In this document: piece by piece, positions 8,673-17,039 of the stretch
Layout: each line of letters starts with the position of its first letter
Position numbering within the stretch: position 1 is the stretch's first letter
Assembly (NCBI GenBank): GCA_017522185.1
Contig: JAFWZZ010000014.1
Coordinates: forward strand, 21,604 to 85,603
DNA from: Bacillota bacterium
Lineage (GTDB): Bacteria > Bacillota > Clostridia > Peptostreptococcales > Anaerovoracaceae
Reading direction: 5' to 3'
DNA: 64,000 nt
Made by a program: the position numbers and the translations under genes
The notes under the pieces: model-generated
What the model was told of the DNA's origin: nothing
What the model saw: the letters and a program-made list of their open reading frames with translations, nothing else
Databases searched by the model: none

Positions 8673-10295
8673 ATGAATCGTAAACCCGTTCTCGGTATTT
8701 TTACCGCAACGCTTATTGCACTTTCTGTAATCGTCATGTCCGGCTGCGAAGCACAGCAAGAGGAGCTGCAGCCGATGGACTTTACCTATACTTTGACGGA
8801 AGTAGAGGTGGAGGAAACCCTTGCGGCCATTGAAGAATTCGAGTCCTTTGTTGAGGAAGGGCGGAATCTGAAAATTATCTCTGCGGAGAAAAAAGCGGAG
8901 CAGCAAGAGGCTTACATAGAGCAGCAGTATGATGCGGCGCAGATCGCATACTATTCCAATCTGGAAGATGAGGATGCCTACGAGGATTATGTCTTCGCGG
9001 AAGACAGCCACATGCAGGCAGAGGAGAACATGGAGGCTGCTTACCAGAAACTGTACCGGTCTAAACTGCCGGCAAAGCTTTTCGTTTTTGCGGACTGGAC
9101 GGAACAGAAACTTGAGAAGATAGAGGGCGCCAGCAAAGAAGCCAGCGCGCTGGAACAGAAGCAAGCAGAACTGGTTCGGCAGTTTGTGGCATTGGATGAC
9201 CCGGAATCAGACCAATGGTCGGCAGAAGTAGAGAAAATCTATCAAAAGTACGTAACCAGCGCGGGGAAACTTGCCGGACTCTATGGTTACGACAGCTACT
9301 ACGACTATGCAGCATCCGAAATCTTCATGCGGGACTATACGAAGAATCAGAGAGATGCCTTCCGGAAAATCGTGAAGGATCAGATTCTGCCTTTCTGGAA
9401 CGAAGTAGATAAACAATACGGGGAAAAGAAAGATAAACTCACGAAGAAACAAAAGGACCAGCTGGAGAAACTGAAGGATGAAACCTGTAAGGAATCCAAC
9501 GAATACTTTGCCGGATATGTAGACAGTTTTGACGGCGAGCTGAAAACGGTGATGGAGAACCTCTTTGTCCGTAAGGCCATCCGCTACACGAAGGATGAAA
9601 ACGCCCATGTTGTCGCATTCACCGACTATTCTGAACACTTCGATCAGCCTTTCGTTTTCCTTGGAAATGAGGCCCAGGACATGCTGACGCTGGTTCATGA
9701 GCTGGGCCATTATGCGGCGTTCTACCACTGGCCGGACGAAACCCTGCCTTACGATACGTGTGAAGTGCATTCTCAGGGAAACGAATGGCTTCTGCTTCAC
9801 TACCTGGACGGAAAGATGGACGAAGAGGTCTATGAAGCATTCCTGCTTTGGCGGCTGCGGGGTGGTCTTGACACCATCATTATGTGTACAATTGTAGACG
9901 AATATGAAGAGACCGTATATTCTATGAAACAGACGCCTGAGGCAGATAACTTCGAAGGTATCCTGACAGATGTCCTCAAAAACTATGAGGGGATTACGGA
10001 CTACATGTCGGTCGACGATATCTACACCTATATCCAGTATGTAACCATCGAGTCGGCGGTGTACTATCTGAGCTATGCAACCAGCGAGCTGGCGGCCATG
10101 ACATTCTATTCGATGGCATCGGAAGAAGGATATGCTGCGGCACAGGCGGTCTATGCGGATCTCTGCCTGAATACCCCTTCGGATAATGGTTTCTTCGACA
10201 CGCTGATGGACGTAGGACTGCCAGATCCTTTTGAGCCTAAGACCGCCGAAAAAACCATCGAGGCATTCAGAGCGATAGTGAATCCGGCGGCCTAA
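8673..10295 (+). CDS. Lipoprotein with an HExxH zinc-metallopeptidase motif (M3/oligoendopeptidase-like)
   Basis: Signal peptide plus lipobox (LSVIVMSGC), and an HELGH motif. Size and overall look recall M3-family, non-PepF peptidases. The family assignment is tentative. Confidence 0.5.
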   Translation: MNRKPVLGIFTATLIALSVIVMSGCEAQQEELQPMDFTYTLTEVEVEETLAAIEEFESFVEEGRNLKIISAEKKAEQQEAYIEQQYDAAQIAYYSNLEDEDAYEDYVFAEDSHMQAEENMEAAYQKLYRSKLPAKLFVFADWTEQKLEKIEGASKEASALEQKQAELVRQFVALDDPESDQWSAEVEKIYQKYVTSAGKLAGLYGYDSYYDYAASEIFMRDYTKNQRDAFRKIVKDQILPFWNEVDKQYGEKKDKLTKKQKDQLEKLKDETCKESNEYFAGYVDSFDGELKTVMENLFVRKAIRYTKDENAHVVAFTDYSEHFDQPFVFLGNEAQDMLTLVHELGHYAAFYHWPDETLPYDTCEVHSQGNEWLLLHYLDGKMDEEVYEAFLLWRLRGGLDTIIMCTIVDEYEETVYSMKQTPEADNFEGILTDVLKNYEGITDYMSVDDIYTYIQYVTIESAVYYLSYATSELAAMTFYSMASEEGYAAAQAVYADLCLNTPSDNGFFDTLMDVGLPDPFEPKTAEKTIEAFRAIVNPAA

Positions 10296-10450
10296 GTGCA
10301 AGAGAAGATGGACGACAACAAGGTAAAGCAGAAATGCAGGAACGCATAAACCAGTTGTTCAAATTGATGTGTGCAGATTCCAGACTGGACGAATATGCAA
10401 AAGCCACTCAAAGAATATGGGCTGGAATAGTAACAAGTCAATCATATAAA

Positions 10451-10485
10451 CAATAGCACCCGAATGGGTGCTATTGTTGTTTTTG
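10451..10485. terminator. Rho-independent terminator, probably bidirectional (after the peptidase gene on + and yfcC on -)
   Basis: CAATAGCACCC-GAAT-GGGTGCTATTG gives an 11-bp stem followed by TTGTTTTT. Confidence 0.75.
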
Positions 10486-10503
10486 AATATATAAAATTGT
10501 TTT

Positions 10504-11958
10504 TTATGCCCCGTACCCAATCAGCACCGCCGCCAGCAGGAACAGAACCTGCACGCCCAGCATGAACAGCTGCAGCGGAATGGACCACTTGAACCACTTC
10601 GGATAGCTGACTACGGTTACCCCCAGGGTAATCATCAGCAGAGGATTGGTTGGATACAGCATATTGGTGAATCCGTCACCGAAGCAGAATGCCTGCACTG
10701 CCATCTGACGGGTCAGTCCTACCAGGTCGGCCAGAGGCGCGATGATCGGAATCAGCAGGAAGGCTTTTGCGGAACCGGAACCGATGAAGAAGTTCAGGCC
10801 CAGAACCAGCAGGAAGATCATGACGATTGCCCCATAAGGTCCCATGGAAGCCGCCGCTTCGGAGGCATAGTACAGGATGGTATCCATGATGCCGCCGTTT
10901 GCGATAATCAGCTTGACGGACATGGCCATCATGATCAGCAGCGCGGATGGTGCGATGCCGCCCACGCCGGACACGAAATCCTTGAAGATTTTGCCGCCGT
11001 ATCTGGATGCCTTTGCCGCAATCAGGCCGCCGATTAGGAAGACCAGCGCCATCACAGGCAGGGATACAGAGGACAGAGCCGGTACAAAGAAGCCGGCGAT
11101 GATATACACGATAACCAGAACCAGAGCGCCGACGAAGATCTTCACAGTCTTACCCAGGTACTGCTGGTTTGGAAGGTCTTCCATTTCACCGATATTGGAA
11201 TATACGGCACGCTTTGCCAGGTCGTCCTGATACACAGAAGAAGCTTCCGGATTCTTTTCGATTTTCTTCGCGTAGCGCATCAGGAACAGATACAGCACCG
11301 CGTAGGCCGTCAGGAAGAATACGATTCTGAAGCCGATGCCGGAGAACATAGGCAGACCAGCCAGTTCCTGTGCAACACCCAATGTAAACGGGTTCAGCGT
11401 TGCGGAGGAGAATCCGAAACCAGCAGCCAGGGCACTCATACCCAGACCGGTTAGGGAGTCCCAGCCCAGAGCGTAGGACAGCAGAATCACGATTGGAACC
11501 AGGGCAACCAGCTCTTCAAAGATGCCGAATACGGAACCAAACAGCATGAAGAACAGGATGAGTACGCCCATCAGCTTATACTTAGAGTCCTGATAACGTC
11601 TCACCAGGCCGGTCATGATGTACTGCAGCATGCCGCTTTTGTCCAGTACCGCGAAGGTACCGCCGATGATACAGATGAACAGAATGATGGAGATGACCGT
11701 CACCGCATCGGAGCTGACAAAGACTTCAAAAGGAGCCGTGAACCAGCGCCATACCGGATAACCGCCGTCACCCGTAAAGTGGAATGTGCCGGGGATGATG
11801 CTTTCTTTGCCGTCGATGATGGTCTTCTCAAAAGCACCGCCCGGAATGATATAGGTCAGGATCCCTGCCGCCATCATCAGGCAGAACAGGATGATCACTG
11901 AGGAAAAGAAGGCCTTCTTACTAATCTGAATGCCTGCATTGCTATTGTTGTTTTCCAT
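10504..11958 (-). CDS. yfcC: YfcC-family (putative basic amino acid / C4-dicarboxylate-type) membrane transporter
   Basis: 484 aa and polytopic, with the family-typical N-terminus (MENNN..ISKKAFFSSVII). The ATG at 11958 has an AGGAAAGGG RBS. The longer track ORF running to 12168 would overlap the divergent regulator gene. Confidence 0.7.
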   Translation of the reverse strand: MENNNSNAGIQISKKAFFSSVIILFCLMMAAGILTYIIPGGAFEKTIIDGKESIIPGTFHFTGDGGYPVWRWFTAPFEVFVSSDAVTVISIILFICIIGGTFAVLDKSGMLQYIMTGLVRRYQDSKYKLMGVLILFFMLFGSVFGIFEELVALVPIVILLSYALGWDSLTGLGMSALAAGFGFSSATLNPFTLGVAQELAGLPMFSGIGFRIVFFLTAYAVLYLFLMRYAKKIEKNPEASSVYQDDLAKRAVYSNIGEMEDLPNQQYLGKTVKIFVGALVLVIVYIIAGFFVPALSSVSLPVMALVFLIGGLIAAKASRYGGKIFKDFVSGVGGIAPSALLIMMAMSVKLIIANGGIMDTILYYASEAAASMGPYGAIVMIFLLVLGLNFFIGSGSAKAFLLIPIIAPLADLVGLTRQMAVQAFCFGDGFTNMLYPTNPLLMITLGVTVVSYPKWFKWSIPLQLFMLGVQVLFLLAAVLIGYGA

Positions 11959-12001
11959 AATAAAACCCTTTCCTAACAAAATAATAAATGAATACCGCAC
12001 C

Positions 12002-12010
12002 ATTCTACCA
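12002..12010 (-). promoter_or_regulatory. Candidate extended -10 (TGgTAGAAT) for yfcC
   Basis: The motif is read on the minus strand, about 45 nt upstream of the yfcC start. Confidence 0.35.
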
Positions 12011-12026
12011 TAGCCCGCGGAAACTA

Positions 12027-12035
12027 TGCTATACT
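12027..12035 (+). promoter_or_regulatory. Candidate extended -10 (TGcTATACT) for the two-component operon
   Basis: The motif lies about 90 nt upstream of the ATG at 12123. Confidence 0.35.
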
Positions 12036-12122
12036 GAATTAAGAAATTCGTAAGATTTATGTGAGGAACTTTGTAATATTTACGGGGTATGATGATTTTG
12101 TAAACAGGAAAGGAGACCAGGG

Positions 12123-12809
12123 ATGAACATTTTAGTATGCGACGACGACAAGGAAATCGCTGGGGCAATTGAAATCTACTTGCGCAATGAGGGGTATACG
12201 GTGTTTAAGGCCTTTGATGGGGCAGAGGCCTTGGACGTGGTGCGCAGCCAGCCGCTGCATCTGATTATCATGGACGTGATGATGCCGAAGATGGACGGCG
12301 TGCAGGCCACCATGAAGATCCGGGAAGAGAAAAACATTCCGATTATCATGCTGTCCGCAAAATCGGAAGATTACGACAAAATCACGGGCCTCAACGTGGG
12401 TGCCGACGATTATGTCACAAAACCGTTCAATCCGCTGGAGCTGATCGCCCGCGTAAAATCTCAGCTGAGAAGATACGTGAATCTGGGCAGCCTGGAGCAG
12501 AAGCGCGGTGTTTACAAAACAGGGGGATTAGAAGTGGACGACGAAGAAAAGATCGTTCGGGTGGATGGTGAAGAGGTTCTGATGACACCGACCGAATTCG
12601 GCATCCTGAAGTTTCTGACCGAAAACGCGGGGAAGGTCTTCTCCATGGACCAGATTTACGAGCACGTGTGGAACGAGCCGGCCTACAATCCGGAAAACAC
12701 GGTGGCCGTACATATCCGCCGCATCCGTGAGAAAATCGAAATCAACCCGAAGAATCCGAAATATTTAAAGGTGGTGTGGGGAATTGGATACAAAATTGAG
12801 AAATTATGA
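12123..12809 (+). CDS. OmpR/PhoB-family response regulator
   Basis: Receiver domain (VCDDD...DVMMPKMDG...SAK) plus a winged-helix C-terminus (TPTEFGILKFL...VWGIGYK). Confidence 0.9.
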   Translation: MNILVCDDDKEIAGAIEIYLRNEGYTVFKAFDGAEALDVVRSQPLHLIIMDVMMPKMDGVQATMKIREEKNIPIIMLSAKSEDYDKITGLNVGADDYVTKPFNPLELIARVKSQLRRYVNLGSLEQKRGVYKTGGLEVDDEEKIVRVDGEEVLMTPTEFGILKFLTENAGKVFSMDQIYEHVWNEPAYNPENTVAVHIRRIREKIEINPKNPKYLKVVWGIGYKIEKL

Positions 12810-14424
12810 TAGTACAAAGAAAGGGTGTTGCTTTTTCTTTGGAATGCTGTTCATGGCAGCTGGAACATTACTTGCGGAACGGGTCTGCAAAATTATATAT
12901 CTTTATGATTTTCAAAACTTCCTGGGTTGGGCGGCTTATGAGCTCCCGATGAAACAGCCTTCGGCAGAAGAACTGGGCTCCATGAATGTTATGCTGTCAG
13001 AAAGCTGGAAAGGCGCATTGTTCTTTTGCGGCATTGCATTGGTGGCACTCGCTGTGTGCTTTTGGCTGACCGGCAAGTGCCTGAGCTGGTTTGACAAAAT
13101 ATTTGCCGAAATCCAAGTAATCGTCCTGGTGTTGGCCGTTACCGGTATTGTGGGTATAGGCTTTATCTTTTTTGACTGCCTGGAACGCGGCCAATGGTAC
13201 GATAATCTGACCAGTGTCCTAGGGTTTAGCGAAAAAGAACTGCAGACAATCTATGAATATCGTGGAGGAACTACGACCTTTGAACCGCAGTGGCTTGAAA
13301 CATTCTTTTCTTATGCTGCCACGGTGGTCCTCCTGGGCATCTGTCTCCTCATCCTGCTTTCCTGGGTGAAGAAGATCAAAGCCCACTGCTTCTGGCGCTA
13401 CACCGCAGTAGGCTGGCTGGTGCTGGGCATCCGTGACCTGATCCGCGACAGCAAAGGCGTCCAGGGCAAGGTCATCGGCATTTTGATTATCGGCGCAGTT
13501 CTGTCCGCAACCTGGATCGGGCTCATCGCCGTGCTGGTGTTCATCATCTTCTTTGTGCCGAAACAGATCAAAAAATACCTGGCCATCCGTAACGGCGTGG
13601 CAGCGGTCAAAGAGGGTGACCTGGATTACAAAATCCACACTCTGCAGCCAGGGGAAAAACCTGGTGAACTGGACCGCCTGGCCATGGATATCAACGAAAT
13701 CTCCGCGGCGACATCTATCGCTGTTGCCAACGAGCTGAAGAACCAGCGGATGAAAACAGACCTGATTTCCAATGTGTCTCACGACTTGAAGACGCCGCTG
13801 ACTTCCATGGTTTCCTATGTGGACCTGCTGAAGACAGAAGGGCTGGACAGCCCGCAGGCACCGGAGTATTTGGACATTATCGACGAGAAGACAAAGCGTC
13901 TCCAGAAGCTGACGGAAGACCTGTTCGAGGCGGCCAAAGCCTCCAGCGGATCCATCCCGGTAAACATGGACCGCATTGACCTGAATTCCATCGTCAGCCA
14001 GGCGCTGGCTGAAGTTGGCGGCAGACTGGAAGCCGCAGACCTGGATGTCATCTTTGCGGATAAGACCTGCGGCGAAGGCGCATTTGTCATGGCAGACGGA
14101 CAACTGCTGTGGCGCGTCATGGAAAACCTGCTGGTAAACGCAGGCAAATATGCACTGCCGGGCAGCCGTGTCTATATCGATGTCAGCGACCGCGGCGACG
14201 GTTATCTGATGCTGGAAATGAAGAATATGTCTAAAGACCGACTCAACATCGATGCCGACGAACTGATGGAACGTTTCAAGAGAGGCGACGAATCCAGAAA
14301 CACCGAAGGCAGCGGCCTGGGCCTTGCCATCGCAAAAGATTTGACTGCCTTGATGGACGGCGAATTTGGTCTGACCATCGACGGCGACCTGTTCAAGGTC
14401 AGCGTGGCGTTGAAGAGGGCATAA
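12784..14424 (+). CDS. Sensor histidine kinase with a polytopic membrane N-terminal region
   Basis: It has an H-box (SHDLKTPLTSMVSYVDLL), an N-box (NLLVNAGKYA) and a G-box (GSGLGLAIAKDL). The TTG start at 12784 overlaps the regulator gene by 26 nt, so the start is uncertain. Confidence 0.85.
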   Translation: MDTKLRNYDSTKKGCCFFFGMLFMAAGTLLAERVCKIIYLYDFQNFLGWAAYELPMKQPSAEELGSMNVMLSESWKGALFFCGIALVALAVCFWLTGKCLSWFDKIFAEIQVIVLVLAVTGIVGIGFIFFDCLERGQWYDNLTSVLGFSEKELQTIYEYRGGTTTFEPQWLETFFSYAATVVLLGICLLILLSWVKKIKAHCFWRYTAVGWLVLGIRDLIRDSKGVQGKVIGILIIGAVLSATWIGLIAVLVFIIFFVPKQIKKYLAIRNGVAAVKEGDLDYKIHTLQPGEKPGELDRLAMDINEISAATSIAVANELKNQRMKTDLISNVSHDLKTPLTSMVSYVDLLKTEGLDSPQAPEYLDIIDEKTKRLQKLTEDLFEAAKASSGSIPVNMDRIDLNSIVSQALAEVGGRLEAADLDVIFADKTCGEGAFVMADGQLLWRVMENLLVNAGKYALPGSRVYIDVSDRGDGYLMLEMKNMSKDRLNIDADELMERFKRGDESRNTEGSGLGLAIAKDLTALMDGEFGLTIDGDLFKVSVALKRA

Positions 14425-14443
14425 GTTTATATGAAAAAACGTG

Positions 14444-14480
14444 AGAAGCACCTGTTATAGGTGCTTCTGTTTTGTTTTTT
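14444..14480 (+). terminator. Rho-independent terminator after the kinase gene
   Basis: AGAAGCACC-loop-GGTGCTTCT stem followed by GTTTTGTTTTTT. Confidence 0.8.
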
Positions 14481-14575
14481 GATGTGATTGTTACTATATA
14501 GCGTAAAAATATCGAAAAGTGTATACGGATTTTGACTTGATGAGGGAGTTTATTAACAACCAAACAAAAAAACTT

Positions 14576-14617
14576 CGAAAAGTGTATACGAATCGAAGAA
14601 TTCCTATACACTTTCCG
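14576..14617. repeat. Inverted repeat CGAAAAGTGTATAC-N14-CTATACACTTTCCG (dispersed motif, cluster B; an extra direct half-site lies at 14513-14529)
   Basis: Read directly from the sequence. Confidence 0.7.
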
Positions 14618-14715
14618 CAAAAATCCACAGCAAGAATCCAACAAAAAACAACTATACTATTCCCCGAAGCTTTGCTATAATATTTGGATAGGACTAATAA
14701 ATGGAGAGTGAAAGA

Positions 14716-15705
14716 ATGAAACAATACTATGCTGCGGATTTGAAACCACAGACAGAAGTGACAGACTTTTTTATGATAAAAAGCGCCGGCATCAAAGTTG
14801 GCTCCAATAAGAAACAGTATTTCGATGTGCTGCTGGGAGACAAGACCGGTGAGGTCAACTCCAAGAAGTGGGATATCAGCGAAGCCGAAATCCCGATGCT
14901 GCAGAACATGAAGGAAGGGGACATCATCAAGGTGAGAGCCCTGGTAACCGACTGGAACGGGCAGACCCAGCTGAGAATCGGACGCATCAGACCGTCCAAC
15001 GCAGAAGACCAGCTGGACATTGCCGATTTTATCAAGGCGGCACCGGAGCAGTCACCGGATATGTTCGACTTCATCTACCAGACGGCTGACAACATGCAGG
15101 ATCAGGATCTGCGCGCACTCTGCACCAGACTTCTTGCAGATAACCGCGACAGGCTGATGTACTATCCGGCTGCATCCAAGAATCATCACGCAGAGTACGG
15201 CGGACTTTTGTACCACGTGAAGAGAATGCTGATGACGGGCCTTGCGGTTTGTGACATCTATCCGATTCTGAACCGTGACCTGGTAGCGGCAGGGGTCATC
15301 CTCCACGACATCGAGAAACTCAATGAAATCCAGTCAAACGAGTACGGCGTTTCCCCAGGCTATTCCTTCGAAGGCCAGATGCTGGGACACATCATCCAGG
15401 GCATCAAGCTGCTGGACCGCATTACAGAAGAACTGAACTTCCCGAGAGAAAAGGCCCTGATGCTGGAACACATGATTCTGTCCCATCACTATGAACCGGA
15501 ATTCGGAAGTCCGAAGAAGCCACTCTTCCCGGAAGCGGAGGTGCTTCACTATTTGGACGTTTTGGATGCCCGTATGTTCGACATGGAAGACGCCCTCAAT
15601 GGTGTAGAACCGGGCGGTTTCTCAGACAGAATCTGGACCCTGGACAATCGCCGCATCTACAAGGCGACCCCGGACTTTGATGCGGATTTTGACGCAGAAC
15701 TGTAA
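14716..15705 (+). CDS. yhaM: 3'-5' exoribonuclease YhaM (OB-fold plus HD domain)
   Basis: The N-terminal OB region (FFMIKSAGIKVGSNKKQYFDVLLGDKTGEV) and HD-domain motifs (HHAEYGGLLYH, ILHDIEK) are typical of YhaM. Confidence 0.8.
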   Translation: MKQYYAADLKPQTEVTDFFMIKSAGIKVGSNKKQYFDVLLGDKTGEVNSKKWDISEAEIPMLQNMKEGDIIKVRALVTDWNGQTQLRIGRIRPSNAEDQLDIADFIKAAPEQSPDMFDFIYQTADNMQDQDLRALCTRLLADNRDRLMYYPAASKNHHAEYGGLLYHVKRMLMTGLAVCDIYPILNRDLVAAGVILHDIEKLNEIQSNEYGVSPGYSFEGQMLGHIIQGIKLLDRITEELNFPREKALMLEHMILSHHYEPEFGSPKKPLFPEAEVLHYLDVLDARMFDMEDALNGVEPGGFSDRIWTLDNRRIYKATPDFDADFDAEL

Positions 15706-15743
15706 TCAGATCACAACTACCAACAGAAGGAGAAAATACAAAA

Positions 15744-17018
15744 ATGATCAAATTCGACAAAGACGTGCTGCAGGCACTGAAAACTTTAGAAAAGGCAGGA
15801 TTCAAATCCTATGCTGCAGGAGACTGCGTGAGAAACGGCTTAAGTGGAGATGCCGGCTACGACTGGGACATCATCACGCTGGCACAGGCAAATGACTTAG
15901 AAAAGCTGTTCCCACAGGGTACCTTCATCGGCAGCGGCAGAGACACTCTGCGTGTGGACTATACTTTTGAGGTGGAACAGGATGGCGAAATTTACCTGGA
16001 CGGCGCAATCTTAGACATCCACGTGATCGGCAGCGAAACCGGACTGGAAGACTACCTGAGAGCAAAGCCATTCACCATAAATGCCATCGCGGAAAATCCT
16101 GACAGAGGCCTGATTGACCCATGCGGCGGCAGAGAGGACTTCAGAAAGAAGCTGATCAGAACCAACGGCAGCGCAGACATGATCTTCAAGAAGGATCCAA
16201 TCCAGATGATGGAAGCCGTGACACTGGCGACAGAACTGGGTTTTGACCTATCCAAGGCTGTATTCGAAGGCATCCTGGCAAACTGGAGACTGCTGTTAGA
16301 CTCCAATCCTGATCCAATCAGAGAATGCCTGGAAAGACTGATCGTCTCCGAAAACGCAGGCAAGGGACTGCAGACTATGGCAGAGTGCGGTCTGATGGCT
16401 GTTATCTTTGGCGAACACGTTTCCAGAAAAATGTCCCACACAGACATGAAACAGTTCAATGTTCTTTGTGAAAACATCCACAAGACACACCAGAACAGAC
16501 TGAGAAGACTGGGCCTGCTGTACACCATTCTGAACAAGAAGCCGGGTCTGGAAGCTATCGAAAGACTCAACTATCCGGCAGAAGACAAGCAGCATTTGGT
16601 GGATGCTATGAACCACATCATCGAAATCAACTTCCTCAACGAACCGAAGAAGTTCAAGCGTTTCCTGTCCGAACTGGGCAAGGAAAGATATATGTATATC
16701 CATAACCTGGCCAAGGCGCAGCGTATCGTTTTTGATTACACTACACTGAAGGTTGAATCCAGAAACTACGCCCTGCAGGAAATCACCAACGGCAAGGAGC
16801 CTGTTTTCGTGGAAGACCTGGTAATCGACGCCAACGACATCATGGCTGCCGGCATTACCGATGATCCGAAGAGAGCTGAAGAGCTGCTGTTCTCCGTTCT
16901 GGCAATGGTACACAAGAACCCTAGAAACAACAACCGCGAAATCCTGCTGAAGACTGCGAAGAAGTACAGCAAGAGCAAGCTGGCCGAGCAGATGCGTTAC
17001 GTAAGCTGGACGCGTTAA
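15744..17018 (+). CDS. CCA-adding enzyme / poly(A) polymerase-family nucleotidyltransferase
   Basis: GDCVRN...YDWDIIT corresponds to the GGxVRD...DxD head motif of class II nucleotidyltransferases. 424 aa. Confidence 0.65.
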   Translation: MIKFDKDVLQALKTLEKAGFKSYAAGDCVRNGLSGDAGYDWDIITLAQANDLEKLFPQGTFIGSGRDTLRVDYTFEVEQDGEIYLDGAILDIHVIGSETGLEDYLRAKPFTINAIAENPDRGLIDPCGGREDFRKKLIRTNGSADMIFKKDPIQMMEAVTLATELGFDLSKAVFEGILANWRLLLDSNPDPIRECLERLIVSENAGKGLQTMAECGLMAVIFGEHVSRKMSHTDMKQFNVLCENIHKTHQNRLRRLGLLYTILNKKPGLEAIERLNYPAEDKQHLVDAMNHIIEINFLNEPKKFKRFLSELGKERYMYIHNLAKAQRIVFDYTTLKVESRNYALQEITNGKEPVFVEDLVIDANDIMAAGITDDPKRAEELLFSVLAMVHKNPRNNNREILLKTAKKYSKSKLAEQMRYVSWTR

Positions 17019-17039
17019 CCACAGAAACAAAACAAAGAT

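Noticed and set aside
10334-10456. A 40-codon ORF (MQERINQLFKLMCADSRLDEYAKATQRIWAGIVTSQSYKQ) in the peptidase/yfcC intergenic region.
   Set aside because: It has a weak RBS and no recognisable features, and it runs into the terminator stem. The evidence is insufficient.
11959-12168. A 70-codon upstream extension of yfcC that overlaps the response-regulator start.
   Set aside because: The extension has no RBS and an odd sequence, and it would overlap the divergent gene and its promoter region. The internal ATG at 11958 has an RBS and the family-typical N-terminus.
13219-14451. Long antisense ORFs: 13219..14451, 8205..9164, 9207..10301, 17946..19031, 51094..52101, 32241..32693 and many others.
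   Set aside because: Each lies opposite a + strand gene with clear family motifs. They have low-complexity or odd composition and no RBS, so they are shadow ORFs.
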